A stretch of 64,000 nt of DNA from contig CM075989.1 in the NCBI GenBank assembly GCA_038087875.1, positions 20,462,001 through 20,526,000 of the forward strand, given 5' to 3'. The translations under genes and the position numbers were made by a program. Below the pieces are notes generated by a model. It searched no databases, had not been told where the DNA came from, and saw nothing but the letters and a program-made list of their open reading frames with translations. Source of the DNA: Malacoraja senta (lineage: Eukaryota). Positions 46,771-60,742 of this stretch are shown here, in pieces (positions within the stretch are counted from its first letter, which is position 1; every line of letters starts with the position of its first letter).

Positions 46771-48113
46771 ATCTTTGCTCTATTCTAAAGGATGAAACTC
46801 TGTGTAAATGACCAGTGTAAGGCTATAGTGCTATAGTGTACTCATCATCGATTATAATGGTATACATTGCTTTATCTTCCACATTGTGTCAGAACAACAT
46901 CAATAATTTGCTGTTCGTGAAACAATTGGAAATGTTTACTTCACTACCTCCAGACAAAATTTTGAAAAATTCTGTACAAATTTTTTCAGTAATGATGCAG
47001 AGCTCTTGACTACATCTATAATTCAGTGTCTTGTGAAACAATGGCCCGAATTTTCAGGCACAGCCCTGCTGCCCCTAATTGCAACCTGAACTCAAGTGGG
47101 TCAGATGCAGAGGGATTAACCTGTTTGCCAAAAGCCTTCTGCAGTTTAGCCATGAGAGAGAGCTTTGAGGAACATCTGGAGGTGCACTGACTCCCAAAAG
47201 TCTGATGGGTAGTCAGACAGCATAGAAACAGGCCCTTCGGCCCAATCATCCATGCTAACAAAGATTCCCCATCTACGCCAATCTCATTCGCATACACTTG
47301 ACTCGTATCTCTCCAAATCCTTCCTGTCCATGAATCTGTCTAAGAAGGAACTGCAGATGCTGGAAAATCGAAGGTAGACAAAAATGGCCAGTGAAGAATG
47401 GGCTAATATAAAATAATGGACACATTGCTGCTGTAACTCAAGGGGTCAGGTAGCATCTCTGAAGAATAATGGCTAAGTGACGGTTCGGGTCGGGACCCTT
47501 TTTCCTATTGATTGAATCACCCACCTCACCCCCCCTCACCTGTAATGGAGTTAAACGTTGCACCATCATCAGTAAACTGACACACACTTCTAACCTCATG
47601 GCCAGAGGAACGTCAGAGAACCCTTTACTGGGAAGTGGACGTGTAAAATACTTCTTATTCGTTTGGAACAAGAACAAAATAAACAAAGACACAAAAAGCT
47701 GACCAGGCAGCATCTCTGGAGAATGTGGATAGGCAACATTTTGTTTTGGTTCCACAGATGCTGCCTAAGTTACTCCAGCACTTTGTATATTTTTTGGTAA
47801 ACCTGCCTTTACCAAAAAAGAAGCTGTTTCTTGTTTCAACATAAAACAAACAAAAATGTGTATTATTGTTGATTTAATCAGGCCATCAGTCACCCACAGG
47901 ATAACAAAGTGCCTGGGCTACTCAGCCACTATCTATCACGCAGAGGAAACCATCAAGTGGTTAAGGCAATTCACCAGCAAGGCTGTAAACAAATAATAAG
48001 CACCTCCTCAAGATTCAAGATAAATCAGCTTCCAAATGCAAGAGACTGAAATCTGATTGAACAGTGGCAGAATAACAATCTTACTCTCAATTCAGCAAGA
48101 ACAAGGAGCTGAA

Positions 48114-48250
48114 TGTGTGGGAAGGAACTGCAGAAGCTGGTTTAAACCAAAGATAGACACAAGAAAGCTGGAGTAACTCTGCGGGTCAGGCAGCATCTCT
48201 GGAGAAAAGGAATCGGTGAAGTTTTGGGTCGAGACCCTTCTTCCGACTGA
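48114..48250 (-). mobile_element. Penelope-like 3' end
   Basis: Reverse complement of the GAAGAAGGGTCTCGACCC...GCAGTTCCTTCCCACACA motif. Confidence 0.75.
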
Positions 48251-48269
48251 GCTGATTGTTGGGGAAAGC

Positions 48270-49975
48270 TGAGGATCCACAAATCTGTCTTCATTGACAG
48301 GTTAGTGTTGAAAAGAGTCAACAACTTCAAGTTCCTGGGCATGCATATTTCTGAAGGAATACTCTGGGCACAGCATATTGACGCAATCATAAAGAAAGCC
48401 CACCAACACCTCTCACTCCTTAGAAGATTTAATAGATTCAGTAGATAGACACAAAGGCTAGAGTAACATCAGCGGGACAGGCAGCATCTCTGGAGAGAAG
48501 GAATGGGTGACGTTTTGGGTCGAGACCCTTCTTCAGACTTCAGTAGATTCAGTATGTTGACGAACACGCTCATCAACTTCCACTGGTGTACGATAAAGAG
48601 CATATTGTCTGGTTGCATCACGGCCTGCCCTGGCAACTTGAATGCTCAGGAATGAAGGATTACAGAGAATGGTAGACACTGCCTGAACACTTTAATACAA
48701 TTTAAAATTTTACATAGATTATATTATTCGAAAACTAAAATTCATAAAATTTTCCCAAATGTATCATCTATTTGTGATAAATGTCAATCCCAAGAAGCTA
48801 CTATAGCGCACTCATTCGTTTCTTGTACAAAAATTCAAAAATTTTGGAATGAAATTTTTGAAATCTTTACAAAGTTATTTAAAACAAGACTGATACCCAA
48901 AGCAGAATGGATTATCTTCGGTATAACGGAAGATGGTCCAGAACTAAATGTGTTTCAAAAGAAACTAATGGACTATGGGTTAATAACTGGAAAAAAGCTA
49001 ATTCTAAAATTTTGGAAGAAGGCTCCAATACCAATATAAATATGTGGATTTCAAATATGTTTGAAACATTACACCTAGAAGAGATAAGACTCCTCCTAGC
49101 AGGTAAACCAGATCACTTCCACCTGACGTGGTCTGCATTTATAGAATTATTACAAACATAGGGTGCAAAAGTACTTAAAAAAAAATTGAGGTCAGGTAAG
49201 GGGGGATGATAGTTGAAGAGTTGGTATGTCCCATTTACGTAATGCTCATAAAAATATTTGTTTCTCTCTTTTTCCTCTTTCTCTCTCTCTTTCTTTCCTA
49301 GGGTCTATTTCTTAACTCTTTTTCTTTTGTTTTTAATTTTGCTCTTATAGGGTCTTCGTCCTTTTTTGTTGTCACATTTCCTACACTTTCACTTTTTCCT
49401 TCACTTTCTTCTTTCTTTCAATCTTTTCCTTTTCTAGTGTAAAAAATAAATGGAGTACATTAATTGTAAGAAGATATAAATGACGAGTATTAATGTATGT
49501 GGTTGTAATGTAATGTACTTCTAATAAATAAAAAATAAAAAAAATAAAAAGCATCTCTGGAGAGAAGGAATGGGTGACGTTTTGGGTCGAGACCCTTCTT
49601 CAGACTTCAGTAGATTCAGTATGTTGACGAACACGCTCATCAACTTCCACTGGTGTACGATAAAGAGCATATTGTCTGGTTGCATCACGGCCTACCCTGG
49701 CAACTTGAATGCTCAGGAATGAAGGATTACAGATAATGGTAGACACTGCCTGGTCCATCACGGGTATTGACCACAAAGGGATCTATTGGAGATGCTGCCT
49801 CAAAATAAATAGCCAGAATCATCAAAGATCCACACCATCCTGATCACGTTCTCCTGTCACTCCTACATTGGGGAAAAAGGTACAGGATTTAGAAAACCAT
49901 GACCACCAGGTTCAAGAACATCATCTTCCCAATAACCATCAGGCTCTTGAACACTGATCAACACTAACCTCAACT
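48270..49975 (+). mobile_element. Rex1-like fragment with nested Penelope-like (48444-48543) and L1 (48686-49549) insertions
   Basis: VEKSQQLQVPG/FKFLGMHISE remnants, then IKDPHHPDH...TTRFKN; 11-bp TSD TAGATTCAGTA around the Penelope piece. Confidence 0.7.
48686..49549 (+). mobile_element. L1-clade LINE, 5'-truncated, with 203-bp flanking duplication
   Basis: LIQFKILHRLYYSKTKIHKIFPNVSSICDKCQSQEATIAHSFVSC (CCHC), one frameshift near 49035, stop at 49161, AATAAA and A-rich tail. Confidence 0.9.
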
Positions 49976-49992
49976 ATCTTTGGTTAAACATA

Positions 49993-50407
49993 AGGGCCTG
50001 TTCCACTTAGGCTATTTTTTAGGCGACTACAGGCGACTAGGCTGTCGCCACATGGTCGCCGGGGTGTTGCCTGTACGGTCGTGAGTCGTCTCCACAGTCG
50101 CCCAAAGAGTCGTAGCTTCTTTCTGGTCACCGCTGGATTTTCAACATGTTGAAAAATGTTCGTAGACAGTTGGCGACAGTGGGTTTGACGCCAATGAGCG
50201 TAGCTTGACTTCTCCTGACGTAGGTGCTGTCGCAGTTGTCGCCAGGTTAACGTAGGTTGTCGCCGGTGCTCACTTCATTTTTTGTTGATGTTAAAGTAAT
50301 GATTCTATTTCAAATTTTATGTCGAAGGGGGGTCCAGTCGCAGGTTTTTCAGCGACCTGCTACGACTATGACAGTCGCCTAAAAATAGCCTAAGTGGGAC
50401 AGACCTT
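49993..50407. mobile_element. PIF/Harbinger-type MITE (related to 16607-17197)
   Basis: AGGGCCTGTTCCACTTAGGCTATTTTT...AAAAATAGCCTAAGTGGGACAGACCTT. Confidence 0.85.
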
Positions 50408-50636
50408 TAAGGACTTCACAATTTTGTTTTGAATTGGTATTGTGGTTATTGATTTATTGAATTATTGTTAATTATATATAATACAATAATATGAACTCAG
50501 ATGCTTCTGTGAGTAATTTCTTCACTTAAAGGGATGTAGATCATTTTATTTCTCCACACTGGTGGAAAGTGCAAAGCAGATTGAGCTATAATCTTATTGC
50601 CTGAGGTATTTTGGGTTCCATTCTTGCTGCTATTTC

Positions 50637-50947
50637 AGTTTAGTTTTAGAGATAGAGCGCGGGAAACAGGCCTTTCGGCCCACCGAGTCCATGCTGACCA
50701 GCTATTCCCCAACACTTACACTATCCTACACACACCCGGGACAACTTACAACTATACCAAGCCAATTAACATACAAACATGTATGTCTTTGGAGTGTGGG
50801 ATGAAACCGACGATTCCGGAGAAAACCCACGCAGGTCACAGTGATGACATGCAAACTCCGTACAGACAAGCACCCGTGGTCAGGATAATATTCGGGGTCA
50901 CTGGCGCTGTAAGGCAGCGACTCTACCGCTGCGCCATCGTGCCGCCC
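50637..50947 (-). mobile_element. HE1/V-SINE-like SINE
   Basis: Consensus match. Confidence 0.85.
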
Positions 50948-51269
50948 CAATTTCCTATGTTCTTAATTAAAATTGTCTCTCTGATCACAGCCTCCCTGAT
51001 GTCATTTTCCGAGCAAGATCATCGCACTCCGTAAAACAAATTTGCTGCCATGTCTAAGGTTGCTGCATCAGGGCAGATTATCTGCAAGAATGCACCTGGG
51101 TTCATCTGTCAATTCAATGCTGAGCATCATTTTCATGAACAAAAACATTGTATGAGCTTGTTTTTGCAAATGCTTTGAAAGCAACCTATCAGAGCATGGA
51201 AACAGTCCTACACGAGTCCCACCTGCCTGCGTTTGGCCCACATCCCAAATCTGTCCTATCCATGTACCT

Positions 51270-51545
51270 TACATTTGATCTCCGTTTGCTTTGTTGATAC
51301 CTTCTCCCAGCCAACAATGATCGATTCTACATTTTCCTTGATCTTCATTCCCTTTTTCCCTCTTTTCACACCTTACACTTCCTTATCTCTGTATCTCCCT
51401 CTCCCCTGACATCAGTCTGAAGAAGGGTATCGACCGAAACGTCGCCCATTCCTTCTCTCCAAAGATGCTGCCTGTCCTGCTGAGTTACTCCAGCATTTTG
51501 TGTCTATCTTCGGTTGAAACCAGCATCTACAGTTCCTTCCTACAC
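51270..51545 (+). mobile_element. Penelope-like 3' end
   Basis: UTR plus CTGAAGAAGGGTATCGACCGAAACGTC. Confidence 0.75.
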
Positions 51546-51917
51546 TATCCATGTACCTGTCTAAATGGTATGGGAATATCATTTTTACAACTGTGTAGTT
51601 CTGTTATAGTACTTCACTGTCCTAAACGTTATCTTGTGTTGCATTCATTGCTTAAAATACACGATCTTAAATGCTGCTGCAATTATTTACTTAATCTGCA
51701 ACTCTCAATATTTATCTGGAGCTATCTTTCAGACTTTTGCATTGATTGTTTTTCCCTGCTATTATCTAGAAGCTTTAATGTACAACCAGCCAGCAATGTG
51801 CCCAATGCAGAAAACAGATTAATTATTGCATGAGATAATCTAGCAGATGGTAGCCCTATTGATAGTTACAAGTACCTACACACATTGGATAATTGAAACC
51901 ACCCATTGTTTATTCAT

Positions 51918-52280
51918 GTGTGAGAAAGAACTGCAGATGCTGGATAAAATCGAAGGTAGACACAAAATGCTGGAGTAACTCAGCGGGTTATGGATTTAAG
52001 AGAGTTAGATAGAGCTCTAGGGGCTAGTGGAGTCAAGGGATATGGGAAGAAGGCAGGCACGGGTTATTGATAGGGGACGATCAGCCATGATCTCAATGAA
52101 TGGCGGTGCTGGCTCGAAGGGCCGAATGGCCTCCTCCTGCACCTATTTTTCTATGGGTGAGGCAGCATCTATGGAGAGAAGGAATGGGTGACGTTTCGGG
52201 TCGAGACCCGAAACGTCACCCATTCCTTCTCTCCATAGATGCTGCCTCACCCGCTGAGTTACTCCAGCATTTTGTGTCTG
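51918..52280. mobile_element. Palindromic Penelope-like ends interrupted by a CR1 tail (about 51989-52154)
   Basis: Palindrome centred near 52205 (GGGTGACGTTTCGGGTCGAGACCCGAAACGTCACCC). Confidence 0.8.
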
Positions 52281-53446
52281 CCATTGTTATCATTGTGGTC
52301 TCACAAGTGAATTGATGTTAATTCAACTTGATCCATGGCCTGAAGCATGTTCGAATGTCAAATTACTTCTGGGGGGTTATGCAATAACCTGAATATTACA
52401 GCTTGAATTAACGAGCAACTTAACTCTCTTTGACCACTTTGACATATTATCTGACAAGATGTTTGCTCTTGTTGAGCTGAAAGACAAGCAAAACATGCTG
52501 GAAGCAGTCAACTCTATGGGCAAATGGGCCTGGCTTGGATGGAGCATCTTGGTGGGCATTGTCGAGCTGGGCCGCAGGTTCTGTTTCCGCCCGGTGTGGC
52601 TCTATAAATGGGTAGCCAGTATCGGCTGTGCGAACAGACAAGATTTATTCCTGTAAGTTTATTTGGAAGAGGAGTAGGAAGAGATCTAGTCACCCATTGG
52701 ACTTGTGCTGTATTCCGTAAGATCGTGGCTAATCAAGCCTTGGCTTCTGCTCCACTTTTCCAGACTGAGGTCTGAAACATCATCTATTCCTTTTCTCCAG
52801 AGAACCGAAACATCACCTATTCTTTCTATCCAGAGATGCTGCCTGACCCGCAGAGTTACTCCAGCATTTTGTGTCTATCTTTGGTGTAAACCTGCGCCTT
52901 CAGTTCCTTCCTACACATTTTGTCTACTTTTCCACCTCCATAATCACTGATTCCCCCAGGCTCCATAGAACTGAGGAGCAAGTGCTGGAAGATAGGTTTA
53001 ATAGGGATGGGTGTCCATGGATCAGCATGGAGATAGTGGGCCGAATGGCCTGTATCTGTGATGTTCGGCTCCAGGAATCAATTTCAATAATAAAAAATCT
53101 CTTTATTCTGCTTCTCATGGCTGTGTTTGAACTGCAATATTTTTTTCTTTCCATTGGAATAAAAATATGGAAGTGGGAAACTCAAAAGTGGATCAAGCAA
53201 TGCTCTTAACAATGCACAACTCAGCTTGAACTTCCACTTGAGTGAAGCACCGTTACTTTGTCGCTGGCTAGATTCAGGCACTGAAATGTCCAGTGATTAA
53301 CAATGCCACCTGCTGCAGGCCTCAAAGACACGCCTGTGTCATACAACGAATGCTAGAGATGCCTGGTTGTATTTAGGACAACCACCTATCTGTCTCTCTT
53401 GCTGTAATTTATCCTTGCTTAAGCACAGAAGACAGTGAATCAGGCC

Positions 53447-53742
53447 TTAGTTTAGTTTAGTTTAGAGATACACTGCGGAAACAGGGCCTTCGGCCCACCG
53501 GGTCCTCGCCGACCAACGATCCCTGCACATTAACACTATCCTACTCACACGAGGGAAAATTTTATATTTGCACCAAGCCAATTAATCTCCAAACCTGTAC
53601 GTCTTTGGAGTGTGGGAGGAAACCCACGCAGGTCACGGGGAGAATGTACAAACTCCGTACAAACAAGCACCCGTAGTCAGGGTCGAACCCGGGTCTCTGG
53701 CGCTGTAAGGCAACAACTCTACCCTTATGCCACCGTGCAGCC
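53447..53742 (-). mobile_element. HE1/V-SINE-like SINE
   Basis: Consensus match. Confidence 0.85.
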
Positions 53743-54359
53743 TTATGGGAGAAAGGCTCCTTTCAAAACCAGCTGGCTTGGCATTGAAGGGGAATGCCTA
53801 GGCACCTCACACAGCAGCACCAGATCAATCAGCATTTTCATGAGGGAAGATAAGATACAGGTGAACCATTTTTATGCTTGTATTGTAAAATACTAAGAAA
53901 AAAACAGATCATTAAGATGCAAAATTAGAATCATAAAAGCTACTGACCATATTGGTGCAGGAATAAAATATTGTCATATACAAAATTTAATTCTGATCTT
54001 AATCTAATGTATCGTTTCTACCACTTCATAACTTCATATGTGAATAGGAACGGAATTGGGCCATTTGGTCCATCAAGTCTACTCCCCCATTCAATCATGG
54101 CTGATCTATCTTCCCCTCTCAACCACATTCTCCTGCCTTCTCCCCATAACCCCGACACCATTACTAATCAAGATTCTGTCAATCTCCGCCTTAAAAATAT
54201 CCATTGATTTGGCCTTCACAGCCATCTGTGGCAAATGTCCAGTTTTACATCTAACTGGTACAGATGGATGATTATATTACTTTATAGCCCTGCAGATTAT
54301 GTATTCGTCTCACTTTGCAATATTTTAGTAAACATGCGTTTTAAATTATTAAAAATGTT

Positions 54360-54940
54360 ACAGAGCCCTAGTGAGACCACACCTGGAGTATTGTGTACAG
54401 TTTTGGTCCCCTAATTTGAGGAAGGACATTCTTGCTATTGAGGGAGTGCAGCGTAGGTTTACAAGGTTAATTCCCAGGATGGCGGGACTGTCATATGCTG
54501 AGAGAATGGAGCAGCTGGGCTTGTACACTCTGGAGTTTAGAAGGATGAGAGGGTATCTCATTGAAACATATAAGATTGTTAAGGGTTTGGACACGCTAGA
54601 GGCAGGAAACATGTTCCTGATGTTGGGGGAGTCCAGAACCAGGGGCCACAGTTTAAGAATAAGGAGTAAGCCATTTAGAACAGAGACAAGGAAACACTTT
54701 TTCTCACAGAGAGTGGCGAGTCTGTGGAATTCTCTGCCTCAGAGGGCGGTGGAGGCAGGTTCTCTGGATGCTTTCAAGAGAGAGCTAGATAGGGCTCTTA
54801 AAAATAGCGGAGTCGGGTGATATGGGGAGAAGGCAGGAACGGGGTACTGATTGTGGATGATCGGCCATGATCACATTGAATGGCGGTGCTGGCTCGGAGG
54901 GCCGAATGGCCTACTCCTGCACCTATTGTCTATTGTCTAT
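54360..54940 (+). mobile_element. CR1 3' fragment with open ORF2 end
   Basis: 149-aa ORF RPHLEYCVQFWSP...QRRFTRLIP...LWNSLPQ; (CTATTGT)n tail. Confidence 0.9.
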
Positions 54941-55119
54941 TTTGTTACAAACGAATGTGGCAGTATGTAACTCGGAGTGGACCAATAAAGTTAACAACAG
55001 AACAAATAATGATATATCCTGTGTAGTGGTTGTTCATAATTTAGTTTCCTTTGTTCACACTACAGCAAAGCAGAGCCTGGAACTTCAATGCCATCTCAGA
55101 GGTAGATTTTAAACTGTTG

Positions 55120-55272
55120 TCTGTGTGTGTAGGTTTTGGTGACTGTGAGTGAGTGCGTGTCTGTGTGTCTGTCTGTATGCATGTGTGTCTGTGTGTGCAA
55201 ATGCACTGAGTTTGTTCATATCTATGTGCTGCTGTGTTGTGTGTGCATGTATGTGCGTCTGTGTCTGTCTGT
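55120..55272. repeat. Degenerate (GT)n tract
   Basis: Directly visible. Confidence 0.8.
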
Positions 55273-55561
55273 AAGATGATTCAGTCCAGGAACTGATGTC
55301 ATATTCCCCATGAATAACAAATTTTCATTCTGGCTTCATGTTTGACCTTTTAAGTAGAAGTTCAACGACTTTGCAGTCTTTCATCATTTACTTGTTTTAC
55401 AAAAGATTCGAGCTTGAATAGGACTATCTTTGTCTCTTAGACAAGACAATGTCAACATTTACATGTATTTTCCACGCAACCTGCATAACTCTTATTTGGA
55501 TGTTCCTGCTTTGTTAAATTTGGCTCCCCGTTTTATTTATTTGTAATATAGCCGAACAAGT

Positions 55562-55871
55562 GTCAGAGTGGCGCAGCGATATAGTTGCTGCCTTACAGCG
55601 CCAGAAACCCGGGTTTGATCCTGACTACGGGTGCTGTTTGAATGGTGTTTGTACGTTCTCTCTGTGACCACTTGGGTTTCCTCCAGGTGCTCTGGTTTCC
55701 TCCCACACTCCAAAGACGAACAGGTTTGTAGGCTAATTGGCTTGGGAAAATTGTAAATTGTCCCTAATGTCTGTAGGATATTGTTAGTGTGCATGGATCG
55801 CTGGTCAGAGTGGACTTGGTGGGCCAAAGGGCTTGTTTCCACACTGAATCTCTAAACTAAACAAAACTAAC
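55562..55871 (+). mobile_element. HE1/V-SINE-like SINE
   Basis: Consensus match. Confidence 0.85.
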
Positions 55872-56595
55872 CAAGATCAGCAATATACTGCTGTTGTACT
55901 GATTACTACAATAAACCATACATCAGTGACCATGCCATATTTTAGTATGAATAGAGATGTCTAAGTAATTTTCTCTTGCCTTCACTTCCTAGCTCCAAAA
56001 CTGTAAAGAGCTCACATGTTTCCTTACATGCTGTTGCCTTTATCACCATCTCCTCTTTCCTCTGGCTCTAATCTAACAATGGTCTCCCGTACATTATTTC
56101 CCTTTCCTTGCAGCCCCCCTCCACAACACTCTTCTTGTCCTGTTCATCTCTAAGATTCACTTCCTGCTTCTTTGACCCACTCACCCCTTGACTTAACTTA
56201 ATTTCCTGGCCCCATGATAGCTGACTCAGTTAAAAGCTTCCTTCCACATGCACAGTTCCCTCCCCTGCCCTGAAGTCTACTTCAACATTGTCAATTCTGC
56301 CTTCTTCCTCACGCATCACTCTGGATGAACAAGACCATGTCGAAACCATGAAGCATTGTTTGACCCAAAAAATGAACTTCAAAAACCATACTCCATCATT
56401 CATCAGAGCTGCTTATTTGCTTAAGAATCTTACCTTCTTTGGAAATGTTTATCCATAGCTTCGCGAAATTCCGATGCCGAGTTTGTTGATCTGACGATTG
56501 AGAGACAAATTGAAAATTGGGGAATAAATAAATAAAACCCCTCTCAACGGATGTAGAGAGGATGTTTCCACTAGTGGGAGAGAGTGGGACTAGTG

Positions 56596-57087
56596 AGTCA
56601 AGTCAAGTGAGTCAAGTGAGTTTATTGTCATGTGTCCCTGATAGGACAATGAAATTCTTGCTTTGCTTCAGCACAACAGAACATAGTAGGCATTGACTAC
56701 AAGGCATTCTATAAATATATACACACTGATAAAGTGCAAATAACAGTATTGGCTAATAAAGTTCAGTGTTATGTCCGAGCCAGGTTTAATAGCCTGATGG
56801 CTGTGGGGAAGTAGCTGTTCCTGAACCTGGTCGTTGCAGTCTTCAGGCTCCTGTACCTTCTACCTGAAGGTAGTAAGGAGATGAGTGTGTGGCCAGGATG
56901 GTGTGGGTCCTTGATGATGCTGCCAGCCTTTTTGAGGCAGCGACTGTGATAGATCCCCTCGATGGAAGGGAGGTCAGAGCCGATGATGGACTGGGCAGTG
57001 TTTACTACTCTTTGTAGTCTTTTCCTCTCCAGGGCGCTCAAGTTGCCGAACCAAGCCACGATGCAACCGGTCAGCATGCTCTCTACA
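56596..57087 (-). mobile_element. Rex1-like 3' fragment (same family as 5439-5821) inserted in a CR1 fragment (about 56550-57375, +)
   Basis: LTGCIVAWFGNLSALERKRLQRVVNTAQSIIG...RRYRSLKTATTRFRNSYFP. Confidence 0.85.
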
Positions 57088-58135
57088 GAATTATAGCCAC
57101 AGAATTAAAGGATGTTCTTTTAGGAGGGAGATGAGGAGGAATTTCTTTAGCCAGAGGGTGGTGAATCTGTGGAATTCATTGCCACAAAATGCTGTGAAGG
57201 CCAAGTCAATGGATATTTTTAAGGCAGAGATAGATAGATTCTTGATTAGTATGGGTGTCAGAGGTTATGGGTAGAAGGCAGGAGAATGGGGTTAGGAGGA
57301 GAGATAGATCGGCCTGTGAATGGCGGAGTCGACTTGATGGGCCGAATGTTTTAATTCTACTCCTATCACTTATGATTTTATGATCTTTGTGACCACACTG
57401 AACCAACAGCACACATTATACCAGTGTACACACAGCCTTTGGTCAGAGACAGGACTACGGCCCTGCCAACAAGTATACAACCAATATGAATATCTGACTG
57501 ACTGTAATGGTCCATAAGAGGAGTGAGCCCATAAACCTGTAGCTCTTAAAGATGATTACTGTCGGAGTAATGGATCATTGCTGTCAGAGGGCGAGAATCA
57601 ATATAATATTTGCAGATGAAGAAGGAACATAACACAAAACGTTGCCTGTCCATTCCCTCCACAGATGATGCCTGACCCACACTGTGTTGGAGTTACTCCA
57701 GCTTTTTGTTTCTATCTTCAGTTTCAATCACCACCTGCAGTTCCTTCCTACACTTTGTGCGTTGCTCCAGACATATTCAAACGTGGTTGATATTTTAAGG
57801 TAAGCCATATCTGTCCCGTTTGCCCGATTCAATAACCTATCTTAAAAGGAATTACAGGACAACTAAGCTAGTGGCAGCTGTTTATTTCATGCCCATTTCT
57901 GTCGTCACCAGCAGGGATTTTACCATGCAACCTGCCTGCAGCCTAAGGTTCAGGTGGTCAAAGCCACACTTCTGCTGAAGTGAAAGCGGTTTTGACAGAA
58001 ATTGTAAAAGGGATGTTCTATGTGGTTTCCTACTTGCAGAGGAAGCAAAAGATGATTTAGTTTGAGCTTTAGTATACTTGTCTGCTACCTAAAAAGAATG
58101 CACCATATTTTGAATATTTAGCTTTAGGTTTATTA

Positions 58136-58305
58136 AGGGCCTGTCCCACTTACGCAATTTATTTGGCGACTTGCCGGCACCCGACATAGTCGCAGCAGGT
58201 TGGCGAAAAATGTCAAAATGTTGAAAATTCCGCGGCGACCAGAAAAAGGTACGACTCTTTGGGCGACTACTCATGACCAAACAGGCGTCACCCCTCGGTC
58301 GGGTG
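58136..58305. mobile_element. Truncated Harbinger-type MITE (left arm)
   Basis: TTA-AGGGCCTGTCCCACTTACGC; similar to an arm of 7493-7832. Confidence 0.7.
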
Positions 58306-58548
58306 ACGATCTTCTGTGGCGTTCTGTGCTGTATCTTGGTGGAACCAATCTGTTGCTGAAGGTGCTCCTCAGGTTGACCAGTGTGTCATGGAAGGGGTGA
58401 GCTGTATTGTCCAAGATGCTCCGCAGTTTGAGGAGCATCCTCCCTTCCAAGACCATCTCCAGTGAATCCATCTCCATCTCCAGAACGGAGCCAGCCTTCC
58501 TGATGAGCTTATTAATTCTGTTGGCATCCGCGGCCTTCGCCCTGCTCC
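58306..58548 (-). mobile_element. Rex1 fragment (different subfamily)
   Basis: LLKLRSILDNTAHPFHDTL...STFSNRLVPPRYSTERHRRS. Confidence 0.75.
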
Positions 58549-58889
58549 ATGCTATCCAGGCAGATCAAACCATCGAAAGTAAGCAATTTTACAGCTACAG
58601 GGAAAGTGCAGATTACAAAATTGCAAGGATTGCTACAAAATAGATTGGAAAATCAGGAATACATCCTTAGCATATGAGAACTCTCCGTTGAAGAGGCTGA
58701 TAACAGCAGGGAAGAAGGTATTCTTGAATCTGGTGGTCTGTGCTTTCAAGCTTTCATAGCTTCTTTCTGATGGGAGAAGAGAGAAGAGGGAATGACTGGG
58801 GAGTGATTATGTTGGCTGTTTCCCGAGGTAGAGTATAGTAATTACCTTAATTGGCACATGTGACAATAAAAGACCTTTGAAACTTTAGT

Positions 58890-59106
58890 AACATAGAAAC
58901 ATAGATGCAGGAGTAGGCCATTCGGCCCTTCAAGCCAGCACCGCCATTCAATGTGATCATAACTGATCATCCCAAATCAGTACCCCGTTCCTGCTTTCTC
59001 CCCATATCCCATGATTCCGTTAGCCCTAAGAGCTATATCTAACTCTCTCTTGAAAACATCCAGTGAATTGGCCTCCACTGCCTTCTGCGGCAGAGAATTC
59101 CACAGA
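58890..59106 (-). mobile_element. CR1 3' fragment
   Basis: LWNSLPQKAVEANSLDVFKRELD plus tail. Confidence 0.85.
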
Positions 59107-60354
59107 TGGTGTAGATGGAGTCGATGGGGGAGGCTGGTTTGCGCGAGAGACTGGCCTGTGTTCACTACTTTCTTCAGTTGCTTGTGGTCTTGCGCAGAGC
59201 AGTTGCCACCTCAATTGGTGCTTTCAATAGTGCATCTCTGGAAATTGGTAGGAATCATTGCCAAGTCTCCTTAATCTTCAGCAAGAATATGTTACAGCAC
59301 ATTGTTGCAATGATCTGAGCGAAATGAAGTGAGTAGCTATCATACTCTAAAATATTAATCATTTGCTTGTAACAACTGTGACACTATAAGCATAATTTCT
59401 TGGCTCAGTTTTACAGTATGTTCTTTAAATGCAGTGAAAGCAAGTAAATCACTTTAAAGGTAAGCATTAGAGTTTATTATCCGAGTCAAGTCTTTTTACG
59501 TTTGTGCACAGTGAGTTTAATCATAAACTTCCTAAAGACATTGGCTATGCCATTAACATTCATCAAAGTCATTGTGTTGATCAGTAATGTGATAAATTGA
59601 TTTATTTAAATTAAACAGATTCGCACTTGCCACTTTGAAAACCACTATCATGTGGGTACTTTATATACATGACATGGGCGGCTGGCATGACTTTGGGGAA
59701 AAAGGCGATTTTTCGTCTACCATTCTACCATTGAGAACTATGGTGGATGTGTTTAGGGAAAGCACAAAACAGCTTGAAAAAACCTATAAAAGGAATGAAG
59801 TGAATCACATGGTTGGGATGTGACCAGAAGCCACGCTGGTTAATGGACGTTTGGAAATGAAATATGGAAATCCTATTTGAAGTCTGAGGAAAAAAAAAAT
59901 GGCAAGAATGTTGACAGTGGGACTCAGGACCGAGCCGTCAAAGGAATGGATGATAAATGTTGGTATTAAGCACGGACGCATGAGACTCCCACGTCAATCC
60001 AGCAAGCAATAAAGTCTTCCTAGATATTTCAAATAGTAAAATTTTCTTGCGATTCCTTTCTGTCTCATTTATCTCCCTATCATAACGCGATTTTACTTTT
60101 CCTCTTAGTTCTCTTTCTGAACCTGATTAGACTCAATATCATTTCTCTGCTTATTTTTAACTCTAATTTTGAATTTCACCGGTGACGGAGATAGGCCTAT
60201 TGTCCTGCCTACCACTAAGGTTTCGGCTGCCTTTACAGAAACAGTTATGATGCAGTAGAATTGCTAATCGGTTTACACACCATCCCACAGAAAGCTAATG
60301 AGATGAATCATTCATCATCCTGATTTTATGAAGGAAAACAATTTTGACCAGGAT

Positions 60355-60742
60355 ACTATAATCAAGGATGAGTCGCACCCTGGCCATTCCTCTTTCTCCC
60401 CTCTCCCATCGGGCAACAGGTACAGAAGTGTAAAAACGCACACCTCCAGATTCAGGGACAGTTCCTTCCCAGCTTTTATGAGGCAACTGAATCATCCTGA
60501 ACCTTCCCCATGTCCAGAACTACTATCTACCTCATTGGAAACCCTCGGACTATCGGACTTTACTGGACTTTATTTTCCACTAAATGTTATTCACGTTATT
60601 TCCTATATCATCATCCATCTGTACGTTGTGAATGGCTCGATTGTAATCATGTATCGTCTTTCCATTGACCGGTTAGCATGCAACAAAAGCTTTTCACTGT
60701 ACCTCGATACATGTGACAATAAACTAAACTAAACTAAACTAA
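60355..60742 (+). mobile_element. Rex1-like 3' fragment
   Basis: IIKDESHPGHSSFSPLPSGNRYRSVKTHTSRFRDSSFP; GTGACAATAAA(CTAAA)n. Confidence 0.8.
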
